64,000 nt of DNA, from the NCBI GenBank assembly GCA_000146045.2, contig BK006949.2, forward strand, positions 192,001-256,000, written 5' to 3'. This DNA comes from TPA_inf: Saccharomyces. Its lineage: Eukaryota. This document shows positions 21,963 through 35,583 of this stretch, one piece after another (within the stretch, counting starts at the first letter, position 1; the number at the start of each line of letters is the position of its first letter). The notes below the pieces were generated by a model. It was not told where the DNA came from. It ran no database searches and saw only the letters and a program-made list of their open reading frames with translations. Position numbers and translations under genes: made by a program.

Positions 21963-24011
21963 CTTCGAATGTAACTATTCTCGAAGGTTGTTAGCATAAA
22001 AGTAGGGGCTCGGCAAGTAGCGATCAGTAGCACTGGATAGGCGTGGTATCGCTTGAAAACAAGGGTGGGAAGATCAACTAAAAAATTGTATTAGTATATA
22101 TCTTGACCAATTTAACATAATCTTACCAATTAACAGAAACAGGAGGCATTAAGAGACAAGAAAACGCCGGGCGCGACGAAATCAGTCATAGAAAATTAAT
22201 CATTAATATATACACGCTGTAAGAAAACAAAAGGACAAAAATTAATTACCAAAAGAAAAAAACAAACTACAGCTTGATGTACATGAATAAATTAAGGTTC
22301 AACAAAAGAGAAAAGCTGAGAGACGTAAGATGGCAGAAATGACCCGTTCCCACAGAAAGAAATCTGAATCCGAAGAAGGAAGTAATACGCGCGTGAGCGG
22401 ATAAGGTTTCTTATCTAGCCAATCACAAAAATCAACAGTAGTAATTCTCGTGGGATTCTTTTGTGTCTCTTAAAATTGCCCTTTACGTACAGTCTTCGTC
22501 CATTATCAGGACGATTTGACAGAAAATGAGCGAGATCAGAAATATACCGCTACCGATCATGAGTGCTCAGAAAACCCCGTGGATAACCCAACGGTCCGAA
22601 AGTGACAGTTTTTTCTTTTGCCGCTTTACTTTTTTTGCGTCTTAAAGGGCTGTGGCTCCTCTGCGCCTGCGCCAGAGTAGCGGTAGGGTTCTTACTTCGG
22701 GCAACGCCGACTCTGGGTGCATTCGCCAGTGTGAGGAAGCACGCTGCTTGTGCTTGTTGGAAGTGTGGACTAGGTCAAGCCCGCCGGACACTAGGAAACA
22801 CGCACAAAATTCTCAGGCACTAAATAGGCCAGAAGCAAAAAGCCGTCGGTAGTGCTCCTTTTCTCTGTTGCCGTTAACGGTCAGGTCTGTTAAGACACAT
22901 AACGAAAAGCATATGTATAATAGGCACCGACATTTGTGCGGCATATTCTGTGCTTAGTTTGCAGTACAAGACGAGCTTCGGAGGCATACTACTTTAATCA
23001 TATTTGCTCACTTTTAAGTTGCTCACTTTCTAATACGTGCATTCCTTTACAAGCTTACTAACACATTGGCTTGGCACTTAAAACACTAATGAAACGTGTT
23101 TAAGGGGCCCGACAATATTGCTATTATGTCGCTCTCAACAGCTTGTTTGCGAATTTTAAATTTGATAGCTCCCTCTTTCTCCTCCTCTACCGTTCGACAT
23201 GACTAAAAGGCGTTGGCACGATTTTCTTTGATGCTAATGTAATCAAGTCAAGTATGGGTTGCTTTGACGATCCAGATGCAGAAGTCAAAGTTACGAGTCA
23301 AAACCTACGAGACTAGACATATCTCTGCAGATGAAAAGGCCTGTTCTATAAAAAAAAAATCACTGTTAAAGTTCAGACAGAAGCTTATTTCAAGGAAAGC
23401 ACTGTGATTGATTTATTCACTATCGAGTTTCTACAGGTGTTGAAGTTCATATATTTGCACGTGCTCGTAGCTCTTTTCTTCCTTTTTGAGACATAAAAAT
23501 ATGGAATATCTTGGCACCCGTTACAAGCCGTCTCTAAAAATATACATGGCGTACATAATAATCTCCAGCTGATTCAAATATCCCGCGCTTTTCCCGTGGT
23601 AAATACTGTGTGTCCTATTAGGCTTTCTCTTGGCATTTCACTTCTTAACCTCTAAGGTATTCAAGGGGCGGAGGTGTAATAAAAACAAGAAAAAAAAAAA
23701 AAAGAGGAAATTTGTGGCAATCTTCCTAATATAACTATGTTGAAATGTGTGTACTAACACCTTATACTATCTATATCCTTTGTCTAAACAGCTCTGCCGA
23801 TAAAAAAATTCCCCGCGGAGATGTCCATACTGACTAATAAAATTGTCCCGCACAGGCAAAAAGCAACTTTAAATGCATGGGCTCCTAATCTTAGAATTAA
23901 ACGTATTTAGTCTTCCTAGGCAAGAAATCTACAAGTCATAGGAGTATATGTTGTGTATACTATAGTTGATTGCCTGCATAAATCGATGTGTAATTTTCTT
24001 TCAACCGATAA

Positions 24012-26363
24012 CTAAAATTCGTTCGTGTTTATTCCATGAAGGTTTTTATTCTCAAGAAAATAGCGTGCTGTATTTTGTAAAATTGTGCCGAGTGTGTTAG
24101 CTTGAACCTGCACAGAGCTCCAGTCCTTGATTGCAATAGTGTCCCTGATTTCAGGGAACGTCCATGAACGAAGTGGGTCACCTTTGTCGACCCAGAGTTT
24201 TGGCCCGAAGATAACGTTCTTGTAAAAGGTTCTATCCATTAACCCTTCCTCCAAACATTGGGTAACGCCTATTAGGGAAAGTAGGTAGTTCCATGACCAA
24301 CGATTAATGGCAATGATAGTGGGTTCTATATATGTACCGGCTCCATACATAAGCTCTGTCCATTCGCTTTTCCATTTTTCGAACTGCAGTTTAGTGTTTT
24401 CCCACAATGTTGTGCCCAAAAAGACTTCGTCAAAGTTTACCGTATCAGGACATTCTTTTTGGAGGTCTTTTAACGTAGTTGAAAGGAAATCTACGTAGTT
24501 CGATATGCTGAATGGGATGAATGGATCGTCAATGAGCTCGAGTGATTTTTCGACAAGATATAGCATTATCTCAGAAAGTACCTCTCCCTTCTTTTTGTCT
24601 CTTAGTTTATCTTTGATGAAATCGAATTTGTCTTCTACTGTGTAGATCGGATGTTCTCTATTCATGACTCCTGGAGATGAAATGATCGCAACTGGAATCC
24701 CTTGCGCTAGATACGGCGTCCAGTCGCCGAACTGGTGAACATTATCCACTTTAACGTTAAATTTACGGCTTGTCATGTTTTTTTGAAAAAGATCTACTAG
24801 TAGCGGATGACATTGTATCTCTAAATTGTTACTATCATCCCATATACCGATTTGGCCGACGTCGATAATGGTGTATATTTCACTCTTCAATGCCTCTGTT
24901 CTCTTTTCCATCAGCTCCGTGGCTCCCGCTTCATTAAATTCAGAGCCCCCAAAGGAAATGAAATATATATTTCTTAGAGGCTTCCAGTCAAATTTGTAAA
25001 CCATTTCTTGATATAATTGGATCAGAGACAGCAAAACGACGGTTCCAAAAGAAGGATACATAGTGCCATAACTAGCAGAGTTCCTCGGTGCAGCAATAAC
25101 AATTGCCCTGCCCGCTTGTTCCGATCCTTCAATTTTACCAACTATATCGTGAACCGGGTGGCGTTCCCTAATTGCTGTTTGCACTAGTAGGTCAAGTCGA
25201 CAATCGTTAAGCGACCCACTGAATAAATTATTAGAAAACTTTACGCCAGTGTCTGATAATATAGCTAGTATTTTATCTCCTTGATTGGCAGATATCGGTA
25301 TGGATGGAATTTTGGGTAGGCACTTGGCTTCCGTAGCATCGATAGGATCTCTTATTGATCCTTCCCATTCAGGCGTAAGTGCATCACCAGTACCATACTG
25401 CGGCAACGCAACTGACTTCATTTGTATCACGTCTTTGTTGTCTTGATAAGGCTCAGAAATAAAGATAATTGCTTTCGCACCATATTCTTGAGCAGTCAAC
25501 ATTTGTTGGAAAACATAATCTCCGTAATGCACTAGTAAAATAAAGTCACCGTTTAAAAGCCCTTGATCTTGCATAGAAGCCATATCGTCCAACGATGCTT
25601 TATTAGCATAAATCACCGGTATGTTGTTCAATTGACCATTATGGCTCATTGGGTTAAAGTTCTCCTCATTTAAGGGAATATCAAACCCTTCTGTATCATC
25701 CTTTGAATATACACGAAGTGAGACATTTCCTGGGTAATTCGAATACGCCATGAACTCCTCTTCCCCAGCTAGCCTTATACCATTTTTGTCGAACGACTCT
25801 TTAATATAATGTCTAATAGCGGCATCACCACTTGTTCCTGACATGTGGGGCATACTACTAATATACTCTAAATCTCTTTCTATCTTTGAAAGGTCTATCG
25901 ATTTCCGAGCATACTGTAAAAGGAGATCATGGTCCGAGAATGATCCATTTGAACCTCGAGCTTTTCCATTCGGTAACCTATCACTCGCAATAATCAACGC
26001 TGCAATGATAGACATCATCATGATGTAAAATATTCTCCTCATTACCATAACATTACCTATTTTACTTAAGAACAAATCGAATTTCTCAGAGGCCAGGGAA
26101 ATCATTTGTGCTAGCGGATCCACTACATTTTTCTTTACTGGAATCACCACGTTATTTTCAAAACACATACGAAATCGCTGGACTTTCTCACTAAAGGCTT
26201 CCGGAGCCTGCGGTTCTTCCATCCCCATCTCTTCCACATATACCGGGGGTTCTGATGGCATTCCTATAGCTTGCTCAAAGTCCTGCGAGTTTAGCTCATC
26301 TTGTGAGTTATTTGCTGGTTCTTCAACATTCGGAAGAGTAGTGTAGCCCCTAGTATTCACCAT
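24012..26363 (-). CDS. TRE1: Transferrin-receptor-like protein TRE1 (YPL176C), with a PA domain and an M28-like domain. It acts as an Rsp5 adaptor for Smf1 down-regulation.
   Basis: It carries a PY motif (PPVYV), a TM segment (IMMMSIIAALIIA) and a transferrin-receptor/PSMA-like ectodomain. The track ORF begins at a TTG at 26411. The first ATG is at 26361-26363 (MVNTRGYTT...), giving the recalled 783 aa. Confidence 0.85.
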   Translation of the reverse strand: MVNTRGYTTLPNVEEPANNSQDELNSQDFEQAIGMPSEPPVYVEEMGMEEPQAPEAFSEKVQRFRMCFENNVVIPVKKNVVDPLAQMISLASEKFDLFLSKIGNVMVMRRIFYIMMMSIIAALIIASDRLPNGKARGSNGSFSDHDLLLQYARKSIDLSKIERDLEYISSMPHMSGTSGDAAIRHYIKESFDKNGIRLAGEEEFMAYSNYPGNVSLRVYSKDDTEGFDIPLNEENFNPMSHNGQLNNIPVIYANKASLDDMASMQDQGLLNGDFILLVHYGDYVFQQMLTAQEYGAKAIIFISEPYQDNKDVIQMKSVALPQYGTGDALTPEWEGSIRDPIDATEAKCLPKIPSIPISANQGDKILAILSDTGVKFSNNLFSGSLNDCRLDLLVQTAIRERHPVHDIVGKIEGSEQAGRAIVIAAPRNSASYGTMYPSFGTVVLLSLIQLYQEMVYKFDWKPLRNIYFISFGGSEFNEAGATELMEKRTEALKSEIYTIIDVGQIGIWDDSNNLEIQCHPLLVDLFQKNMTSRKFNVKVDNVHQFGDWTPYLAQGIPVAIISSPGVMNREHPIYTVEDKFDFIKDKLRDKKKGEVLSEIMLYLVEKSLELIDDPFIPFSISNYVDFLSTTLKDLQKECPDTVNFDEVFLGTTLWENTKLQFEKWKSEWTELMYGAGTYIEPTIIAINRWSWNYLLSLIGVTQCLEEGLMDRTFYKNVIFGPKLWVDKGDPLRSWTFPEIRDTIAIKDWSSVQVQANTLGTILQNTARYFLENKNLHGINTNEF

Positions 26364-26629
26364 ATCCTTTGTATACTCATATGCGAACTTGTCTAATACA
26401 ATGTATACCAAAAATAACAGCTTGAAAAAAATCTCAGGGTCTTTTCATTGAATAATCTCATTCTGCTATTTTAAGTTTTTCGTTTGCAACCCGAGACTGT
26501 CGAGCTAGAAAATTTCATTGATACGATTTAAAAATAATCGATGCCAGTAATAGCCTCAAAAAACTTATGCAAAAATACGAGATACTATAAACTACAGCTT
26601 AGCTAACTCTAACATTATTATATAAAACA

Positions 26630-28088
26630 ATGGGCTTCAATATAGCGTATGTCTAGCTCACAGCATGTGTTCCAAATACATTAAAGAAGATCTCTTTTGT
26701 TGTTGATACTAACCAGTAAAGTTGAGAGTTATAACAATGAAAATAGGATGCTGTGCGACTTTTTTTATCCACAGTTAGGTGGAGTCGAATTCCATATATA
26801 TCATTTATCGCAGAAACTAATCGATTTGGGCCATTCTGTCGTCATTATAACTCACGCTTACAAAGATCGAGTCGGCGTACGACATCTTACCAACGGTCTA
26901 AAGGTCTATCACGTACCATTTTTTGTGATTTTCAGAGAAACCACTTTCCCCACTGTTTTTTCAACATTTCCAATAATAAGGAATATTCTTCTCAGAGAGC
27001 AGATCCAAATTGTTCATTCTCATGGTAGCGCTTCCACGTTCGCTCACGAGGGAATTCTTCATGCTAATACTATGGGATTGAGAACTGTGTTCACGGACCA
27101 TTCACTCTACGGTTTTAATAACTTAACGTCGATTTGGGTGAATAAGTTGCTAACATTTACCTTGACAAACATAGATCGGGTTATATGTGTTTCTAATACA
27201 TGCAAAGAAAATATGATTGTTAGAACAGAATTAAGTCCTGATATAATCTCAGTAATTCCCAACGCAGTGGTGAGCGAAGATTTCAAACCAAGGGATCCTA
27301 CTGGTGGCACCAAGAGAAAACAAAGTAGGGATAAGATAGTGATCGTGGTCATCGGAAGGCTCTTTCCAAACAAAGGGTCCGATTTACTTACTCGCATAAT
27401 TCCGAAAGTTTGTTCCTCACATGAAGATGTCGAATTTATAGTAGCGGGCGATGGTCCAAAGTTCATAGATTTTCAACAAATGATTGAAAGTCATAGACTA
27501 CAAAAACGTGTGCAACTCTTAGGCTCTGTTCCACATGAGAAAGTCAGGGATGTATTATGTCAAGGTGACATATATTTACACGCTAGTTTAACAGAAGCAT
27601 TTGGTACAATTCTAGTTGAGGCCGCATCTTGTAATTTGCTAATTGTAACGACACAAGTCGGAGGAATTCCCGAAGTGTTACCAAATGAGATGACTGTTTA
27701 TGCAGAACAGACATCCGTTTCTGACCTTGTTCAAGCAACAAATAAAGCTATCAATATCATAAGAAGTAAAGCTTTGGACACTTCCTCTTTTCATGATAGC
27801 GTGTCTAAAATGTACGACTGGATGGACGTAGCCAAAAGGACAGTAGAGATATATACTAATATATCTTCTACTTCTTCCGCTGATGATAAAGATTGGATGA
27901 AAATGGTAGCAAATCTTTACAAAAGAGATGGAATCTGGGCTAAACATCTTTATCTGTTATGTGGAATTGTAGAGTACATGCTTTTTTTCCTCTTAGAGTG
28001 GCTATACCCCAGGGATGAAATCGATCTAGCTCCAAAATGGCCCAAGAAAACAGTGTCTAACGAGACGAAGGAAGCAAGAGAAACTTAA
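26630..28088 (+). CDS. SPT14: GPI-anchor GlcNAc transferase catalytic subunit SPT14/GPI3 (YPL175W). The gene is spliced, with exon 1 at 26630-26646 and exon 2 at 26747-28088.
   Basis: It has the PIG-A/GT4 motif [29 protein letters not shown]. Exon 1 ATGGGCTTCAATATAGC is followed by GTATGT at 26647. The branch point TACTAAC lies at 26707-26713 and the 3' AG at 26745-26746. The spliced product is [15 protein letters not shown]..., 452 aa. Confidence 0.88.
26647..26746 (+). other. Spliceosomal intron of SPT14 (100 nt).
   Basis: It carries canonical yeast signals: 5' GTATGT, the branch point TACTAAC 33 nt upstream of the 3' site, and 3' AATAG. Confidence 0.85.
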
Positions 28089-28166
28089 ACTTTACACAAA
28101 ACAAAGGAATGTTGTATCCATTTATTTACTGTATTTGAATGTTATAGACCTGCTAGAATCACTCAG

Positions 28167-30773
28167 TCATTTGTAATATGTAACAACATTTTGAGATTTG
28201 AGTCGTATATTTTTCCTCTTGCGCTTTAAATACGAAATGTAAGAATGATCTCTTTCATGCCAGAGTTCATCTTCTGCCAAAGGTTGATCAAGCTTTAAAT
28301 CTAAAATCCGTGAGGTACTCACGAAGTTGAACATTTCTATCCCCAAGGTGTCCAAACTGTGGTTGATATGTTCTTTGAATGGTTGCTTATTTTCCACAGC
28401 TGGAAGCTCGTCTAACCAGCTGAAATCGATGCTCACTCGTTTCTGCTCTTTTATTTGTCGTCTTATGGTTTCTCTCAATTCCATGATTTCCGAAACTAAA
28501 TTTACTCTATCTACTTTCTCTCTGTCTAAATAAATTTTGTTCAACGTATTATTATCCTTTATTTGATATAGTTTGAGCTCCATATTCTTCAAACGGTTTA
28601 CTAGGTTGAAATTTTCTTCTTTCAGCTTGTTAAGAATTTCTGTTTTGCCACAATTTTCCTCATTTTTGTTATTTAACTCTACTTTGAGTGTTTTGATATT
28701 CTCTTCAAGGGTTTTCCTCTCTAAATCCCTCCCAATAATAATTTTAATTTTTGTTTCCAATTCAGTTAGCATATTTTCCTTTTGGACCAGTACTTCTTTG
28801 AGTCGAATGTTCTCTTCATTCAAGCGATCGCTTAATAACGAGTTTGAAAAATTGCCCTCCTTAATATTACATTGACTTTCTGAATCACTTGTTTGTTGAC
28901 TGGGTTGCTCAGGAAATATAGTTATGTTTTCTAAGAGACTTTCTATTCCTTGAAAAAATACCTCTAGTTTTTTCAAAGAAGAAATACGTTTGTAATCTTG
29001 TCGCAAAAACAGTGCATCTGAAAAAAGTATCGTTAAGATAGAGGACAGGGTTATATCACAGGAAGGATATAAAAATAACCTATTGTCTTGTTTCGAAATT
29101 TCTTCCTTTCCGATAAGTTTATCTATTCTGGCAATAAGTGAAAGTGATCTCTCGTAAAGGGAACCAATAAGACATAGGGTATCATTGTCATTGAAATTGC
29201 TGTTCGTTCTAAGAAAAGCCAACAGCTTCGGAACAGTTGTTTCCAATATCGGATGAAGTATTTTTAGTATCAAGGTCACATCCTTATCTAGAAACTTATT
29301 ATCTTCTAAAAACTGACAAATGGAAAAGGCGGTTTCCTGTTTAGAAGAAAACTTCCTTTGCAAAAACTCGCTTAGCCACATCGAAATCGGAGCAATATTT
29401 ACTTTGAAACATTGTAATGTCGTTTCCAGGTGATCGGGAGTATTCTTTATGGTGTAAATATGAAGCGCATAACTGATAGAGCTCAACACTTTTAGAATTA
29501 TATGGATTTCAATATTCTCCAACTTTCCAAAATTTTCACTTTCGATTACTTCGGCTAAATATTGCAATTGAGAGGAAAGAGCCGCCAAATGTGGTTGTGC
29601 AAATGGCTCATATATTTGGTAAAATTTCTTTAGCAATTTATTTTGATATAATTCCTCCTGTAAAGTGTTCACTTTTAGTTCAAGACTTTGAAATTTGTGA
29701 GATGTTTTGGCTTCAATAGATTCCAATGTTGCTTTTAATCTTGAATTTTCTTCGATATATGTGCCTGCTATCTCCTTTTCATTTTCCAATGCAGATTGCA
29801 AATTACTTAATTGCAGTCTCAGTTCTTGCTCGAGTTGCTCATAGGTAATTCTTAAATTTTCATCCAATTTTTCTTTTGCCTGTAGTTCCTCCAACTCATT
29901 GTTTAAAGCCTTTATATTACTTGTGAGTAGGATATTATCATTAGTCAATTTATCAACAATATTAGATGATTTACTTTGAGCTTCAATCTGCAAGGCAAGG
30001 TCGCCGATTGTATTATTAGTCTGTTGCAATTGCAGACCTAAATCCGATATTTTTTTAGATAATACTGCATTTTCTTCTAATAACTGAGTATTCTCCTCGA
30101 GCAGGTCCTCTTGCACCTTCATAGCTTTATCATATGACAACTTTGTTTGGTCGAGTAGTCCCTGAAGAAGATGGCTCCTTTCTAACAGTGTGCCTTTGTC
30201 GAGATCCGGTGCCATTACACTATCTGAAGCATCTAATAGGTGATTGAAATTATCCAAATGAGTTTTCATATTACCATTTTCCACTTTCAGTTCTTTGACT
30301 AGTTTATCCAATCTTGAGATTTTAGACAATAGAACAGTTTCATTAGTACTCAGCTTTTCAACGGAAGTTTTCAGCTCATGATTTTCTATTTTAATTTTAT
30401 TTAATTTGGACGCCAATGATTCACATTTTACTTGTAGATTCTTAATTGTTTCTTGCGCTGCATTACCATTTAGCAAACTATGCTCATCGTCATCTGGTTT
30501 ATAAAACTGCAACGTATCTTTCTTGCAGAAAAGACCATAATAACCACCATTTGAATTAGCTTTCTTCAGGTCGATATCAAAGTAACGAATACCGTTAGCG
30601 CTTCCATCATTCTTTCCTAACGGTTTATCTAGTTCAATGCCGTACCATATGCCTTTTGCAAATTGAGTTTCCCCAATGAATTTCACCCGCCCCTTCATCT
30701 CGTTGACTAGAACTGTGTCCTGTAAGCTTATCTTCTGCATATTTGTGTCAACTTGAACACCTGCATTGCGCAT
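28167..30773 (-). CDS. NIP100: Dynactin large subunit p150-Glued homolog NIP100 (YPL174C).
   Basis: The 868-aa ORF has the N-terminal CAP-Gly domain GRVKFIGETQFAKGIWYGIELDKPLGKNDG. Long heptad-repeat coiled coils follow (LEELQ..., LELKVNTLQEEL...). Confidence 0.9.
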   Translation of the reverse strand: MRNAGVQVDTNMQKISLQDTVLVNEMKGRVKFIGETQFAKGIWYGIELDKPLGKNDGSANGIRYFDIDLKKANSNGGYYGLFCKKDTLQFYKPDDDEHSLLNGNAAQETIKNLQVKCESLASKLNKIKIENHELKTSVEKLSTNETVLLSKISRLDKLVKELKVENGNMKTHLDNFNHLLDASDSVMAPDLDKGTLLERSHLLQGLLDQTKLSYDKAMKVQEDLLEENTQLLEENAVLSKKISDLGLQLQQTNNTIGDLALQIEAQSKSSNIVDKLTNDNILLTSNIKALNNELEELQAKEKLDENLRITYEQLEQELRLQLSNLQSALENEKEIAGTYIEENSRLKATLESIEAKTSHKFQSLELKVNTLQEELYQNKLLKKFYQIYEPFAQPHLAALSSQLQYLAEVIESENFGKLENIEIHIILKVLSSISYALHIYTIKNTPDHLETTLQCFKVNIAPISMWLSEFLQRKFSSKQETAFSICQFLEDNKFLDKDVTLILKILHPILETTVPKLLAFLRTNSNFNDNDTLCLIGSLYERSLSLIARIDKLIGKEEISKQDNRLFLYPSCDITLSSILTILFSDALFLRQDYKRISSLKKLEVFFQGIESLLENITIFPEQPSQQTSDSESQCNIKEGNFSNSLLSDRLNEENIRLKEVLVQKENMLTELETKIKIIIGRDLERKTLEENIKTLKVELNNKNEENCGKTEILNKLKEENFNLVNRLKNMELKLYQIKDNNTLNKIYLDREKVDRVNLVSEIMELRETIRRQIKEQKRVSIDFSWLDELPAVENKQPFKEHINHSLDTLGIEMFNFVSTSRILDLKLDQPLAEDELWHERDHSYISYLKRKRKNIRLKSQNVVTYYK

Positions 30774-31136
30774 TTGTCCAAGGCTGTACTGCGAGGTTGA
30801 TGGAGATCGAATCTAGAATAGTATTATGTACTTTGCAAAAGTAAAGTACAACATAAAGTCTAGCAGCATATGAGTAACTCTCTACAGTTACGCCAACAAT
30901 CTCAGTGTGGAGGTTAGAGTAAAAAGAAAGCACCTTACAACTGTACGTTTACATAAGTGACTTTTCAACATATATGCATTTTTTGTTAAGCATTGTAAAA
31001 TACCCGGTTGAAAAGCGACATGAAAAATAACGACATGTTAGATTCAAAAGTACCTACTGCTCTTTAACAGCTACTTAAGGATTACCTGATAAGAGTAATC
31101 CACCGTAAAGAACATTATCAGCAACAAAATTTGTAA

Positions 31137-32036
<900 letters not shown>

Positions 32037-32352
32037 ATGTACCAAGTGTATGCACTCTATTTTTATATTTGATTCTCTAGTGTGATTTTTTTAATCAGTA
32101 TATCCCCTTCACTATTCACGTAGTAAATAAGTTATATTCGACCTGTATATATGAAAGCATAAAGTAAAGTTCAAAGAATATTCAGATATTGATGTGGGCA
32201 AACGTGATGACTTCAAATTACAAAATCTTTTCTTTAAAAATAAATTATGTGCGTATGTACATTATTTTTAACCAATAAAAGGGTTTAAATATTTATTTAC
32301 AAGATTAATGACTGCCCTTTAAGCGTTGTCTCTTTATCTCATTGTACTAATG

Positions 32353-33741
32353 CTAAAATCGTTCCTGTGGTCGCTTTGCTTCACCAGGATATATCCAATC
32401 CCAGCGGCCTTTTTTATGTATAATGGCTAGGATTAGAATTGCCGGTAGGTGCAATACACTAGCCATAAAAGTTTTCCTTGCATAAATGTTGGCTACACTT
32501 AGACCTTTATTAAACTTGACGTTATCTTTTAATGTTTTTGCAGAATAGTTGATTCTTTGTTGCCAATAGAATTTGAAAGCCCAGAACGTTAGCCAGGCAT
32601 TTATAAGTCCGGAATCTATTTGGTAGTACCAATCTGTGATATTAAAATAAGACAATCCGAAACATAAAGGGAACATTAGGATAGAGTATCTCAACGACAC
32701 ACGGGCGTTTAGGAGCGGATTTTTCCATGCAGTCATAACGTATCCGGCATTTTTGTATTCATTTCTAATGTTATGACTCAACGTATTAAAGTGTGGGAAT
32801 TGCCAAGCAAACAATAGACCAGCAAGGCACCAAGATCCCGGATGTGAAAGCGGACTTGCGGCTGCCCATCCCATTAGAGGAGGTACCATTCCTACTAGGG
32901 CACCTAACCATGTGTTAATGATATGCTTTCTTTTCATAGACGTATAGGCCCAGCCATATAACGCGATATTTGAAGCACCAAGAATAGCAACGGTAGGATT
33001 AACACCAAAGTACAAGATAGATACTCCTAATGTTCCGATAAGTGCGGCAAACTCGAATGCCTGGGTAGGTGTAACATCACCTCTAACAACGGGCCTCGCC
33101 TGAGTTCTCACCATTTGTCTATCAAATTCTGGCTCTCTGCCCATATTTATAGCGTTTGCAGAACCGGAACACAAAGTAGTGCCTACTGTTAAACATAACA
33201 ATTCATTGACGGAGGCTGGATATGGAGATAAAGCATACGAACAAATGGCACTTAACATCACTAGAATGGTGAGTCGGGGCTTGGTCAACTGAAGATATGG
33301 CATAATTACCTTCTTCTTTAAAGTTTTCATATTCAGCCCTTCGCTGATTGCGTGAGATGGTCTCTTAGATTTTCTTACCATCGGGTCTACAAGTTTGACA
33401 TTAAATGGAAGTTGTGTGCTTGCATCGGTAGTAGCTTCGCTTCCACTTGAAGTTGATATATCATCTGTGCATCTTAGCGTTTTCATGGCAGTCGATTCAA
33501 CCTTTTTATTGCAATTAGAGGTTCTATCACCATATCCAAAATTGGGAGTAAATTCTATCGGCGCAGTGTTTATATGTTGCTGTTTCCCGCCATGATTCCG
33601 ACTAATATAACGAACTCCATTAAATCGAATTTTTATTTGAGTATCGTGCAGCTGTGTACCAATTTGTAAGTATATATTCCCTTTATTATGAGCAAGAACA
33701 TTTCTCATCAAGTGAGCATATGTTCGAGGAAAGTAACTCAT
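32353..33741 (-). CDS. COX10: Protoheme IX farnesyltransferase (heme O synthase) COX10 (YPL172C).
   Basis: The 462-aa ORF is UbiA-family, with multiple TM helices. It has conserved Asp-rich and GxxxN motifs (NxxxDxxxD-like YTSMKRKHIINTWLGALVGMVPPLMGW). It starts with ATG (cat at 33739-33741). Confidence 0.9.
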   Translation of the reverse strand: MSYFPRTYAHLMRNVLAHNKGNIYLQIGTQLHDTQIKIRFNGVRYISRNHGGKQQHINTAPIEFTPNFGYGDRTSNCNKKVESTAMKTLRCTDDISTSSGSEATTDASTQLPFNVKLVDPMVRKSKRPSHAISEGLNMKTLKKKVIMPYLQLTKPRLTILVMLSAICSYALSPYPASVNELLCLTVGTTLCSGSANAINMGREPEFDRQMVRTQARPVVRGDVTPTQAFEFAALIGTLGVSILYFGVNPTVAILGASNIALYGWAYTSMKRKHIINTWLGALVGMVPPLMGWAAASPLSHPGSWCLAGLLFAWQFPHFNTLSHNIRNEYKNAGYVMTAWKNPLLNARVSLRYSILMFPLCFGLSYFNITDWYYQIDSGLINAWLTFWAFKFYWQQRINYSAKTLKDNVKFNKGLSVANIYARKTFMASVLHLPAILILAIIHKKGRWDWIYPGEAKRPQERF

Positions 33742-34168
33742 CTAAAGAGGAAAAAAGGAGAAATCGAAAAAAAGAGATACTATAGGCCTAAAATAAAAAG
33801 ACCCCGCTATGAGGAATATTAATCACGCCCGAATCACGTCTATTGCAGATATCAAGAATTTTCTTCTTTGATTAATCTCACTTGCGGTGGATTTACGTCA
33901 ATGGGCTTGCAAGCATAAAAAAGTCATTTTATTATTCCCTTTGAACAGCGCGCGGGCACGAGAAAGCTGCCCTATATAAACAAAGATCGAGTCTTTTTGG
34001 CTTGGATGATGTTTAAAATACTTTAAAAAGTGAAGACAAAAACTATCTTTATTTCCTTAAGTTATAATTATTGATGTATCAAATATAAATATCTATATGT
34101 GAGTTTTGTAATTAAAAATATGGCAGGAATATGAAAAATACATAACATCAATGTCTTTATTCATGATT

Positions 34169-35374
<1,206 letters not shown>

Positions 35375-35512
35375 CTAAATTTAAACTTCGCTATACTGAA
35401 CTACAGTTGTTGTATATATCAAGTACGTACTTTTTTGCATATGATGGGCAAGAATCAAGCACAGTTCACAACCCTTATATAGGTTCGAGTTGTCCTACTT
35501 ACAACACTGTGC

Positions 35513-35519
35513 TTAGTAA
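35513..35519. promoter_or_regulatory. Yap1-response-element-like site TTAGTAA upstream of OYE3.
   Basis: It is an exact TTA(C/G)TAA match about 145 bp upstream of the OYE3 ATG. OYE3 is a known oxidative-stress gene. Confidence 0.45.
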
Positions 35520-35576
35520 TGGTTATTGCGACTTTATCCTTGTTCTGAACGGAGTTATATCAGGAACGCAAACTGC

Positions 35577-35583
35577 TTACTAA
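35577..35583. promoter_or_regulatory. Second Yap1-response-element-like site TTACTAA upstream of OYE3.
   Basis: It is an exact TTACTAA match about 210 bp upstream of the OYE3 ATG. It abuts a tandem duplication TAAGGAGCCC-TTC-TAAGGAGCCC. Confidence 0.45.

Noticed and set aside
22602-22852. Two overlapping plus-strand ORFs (73 aa and 66 aa) in the CUP9 upstream GC-rich island.
   Set aside because: Both begin at GTG, not ATG. They are in different frames over the same DNA, and their openness is explained by high GC content. The island itself is kept as a finding.
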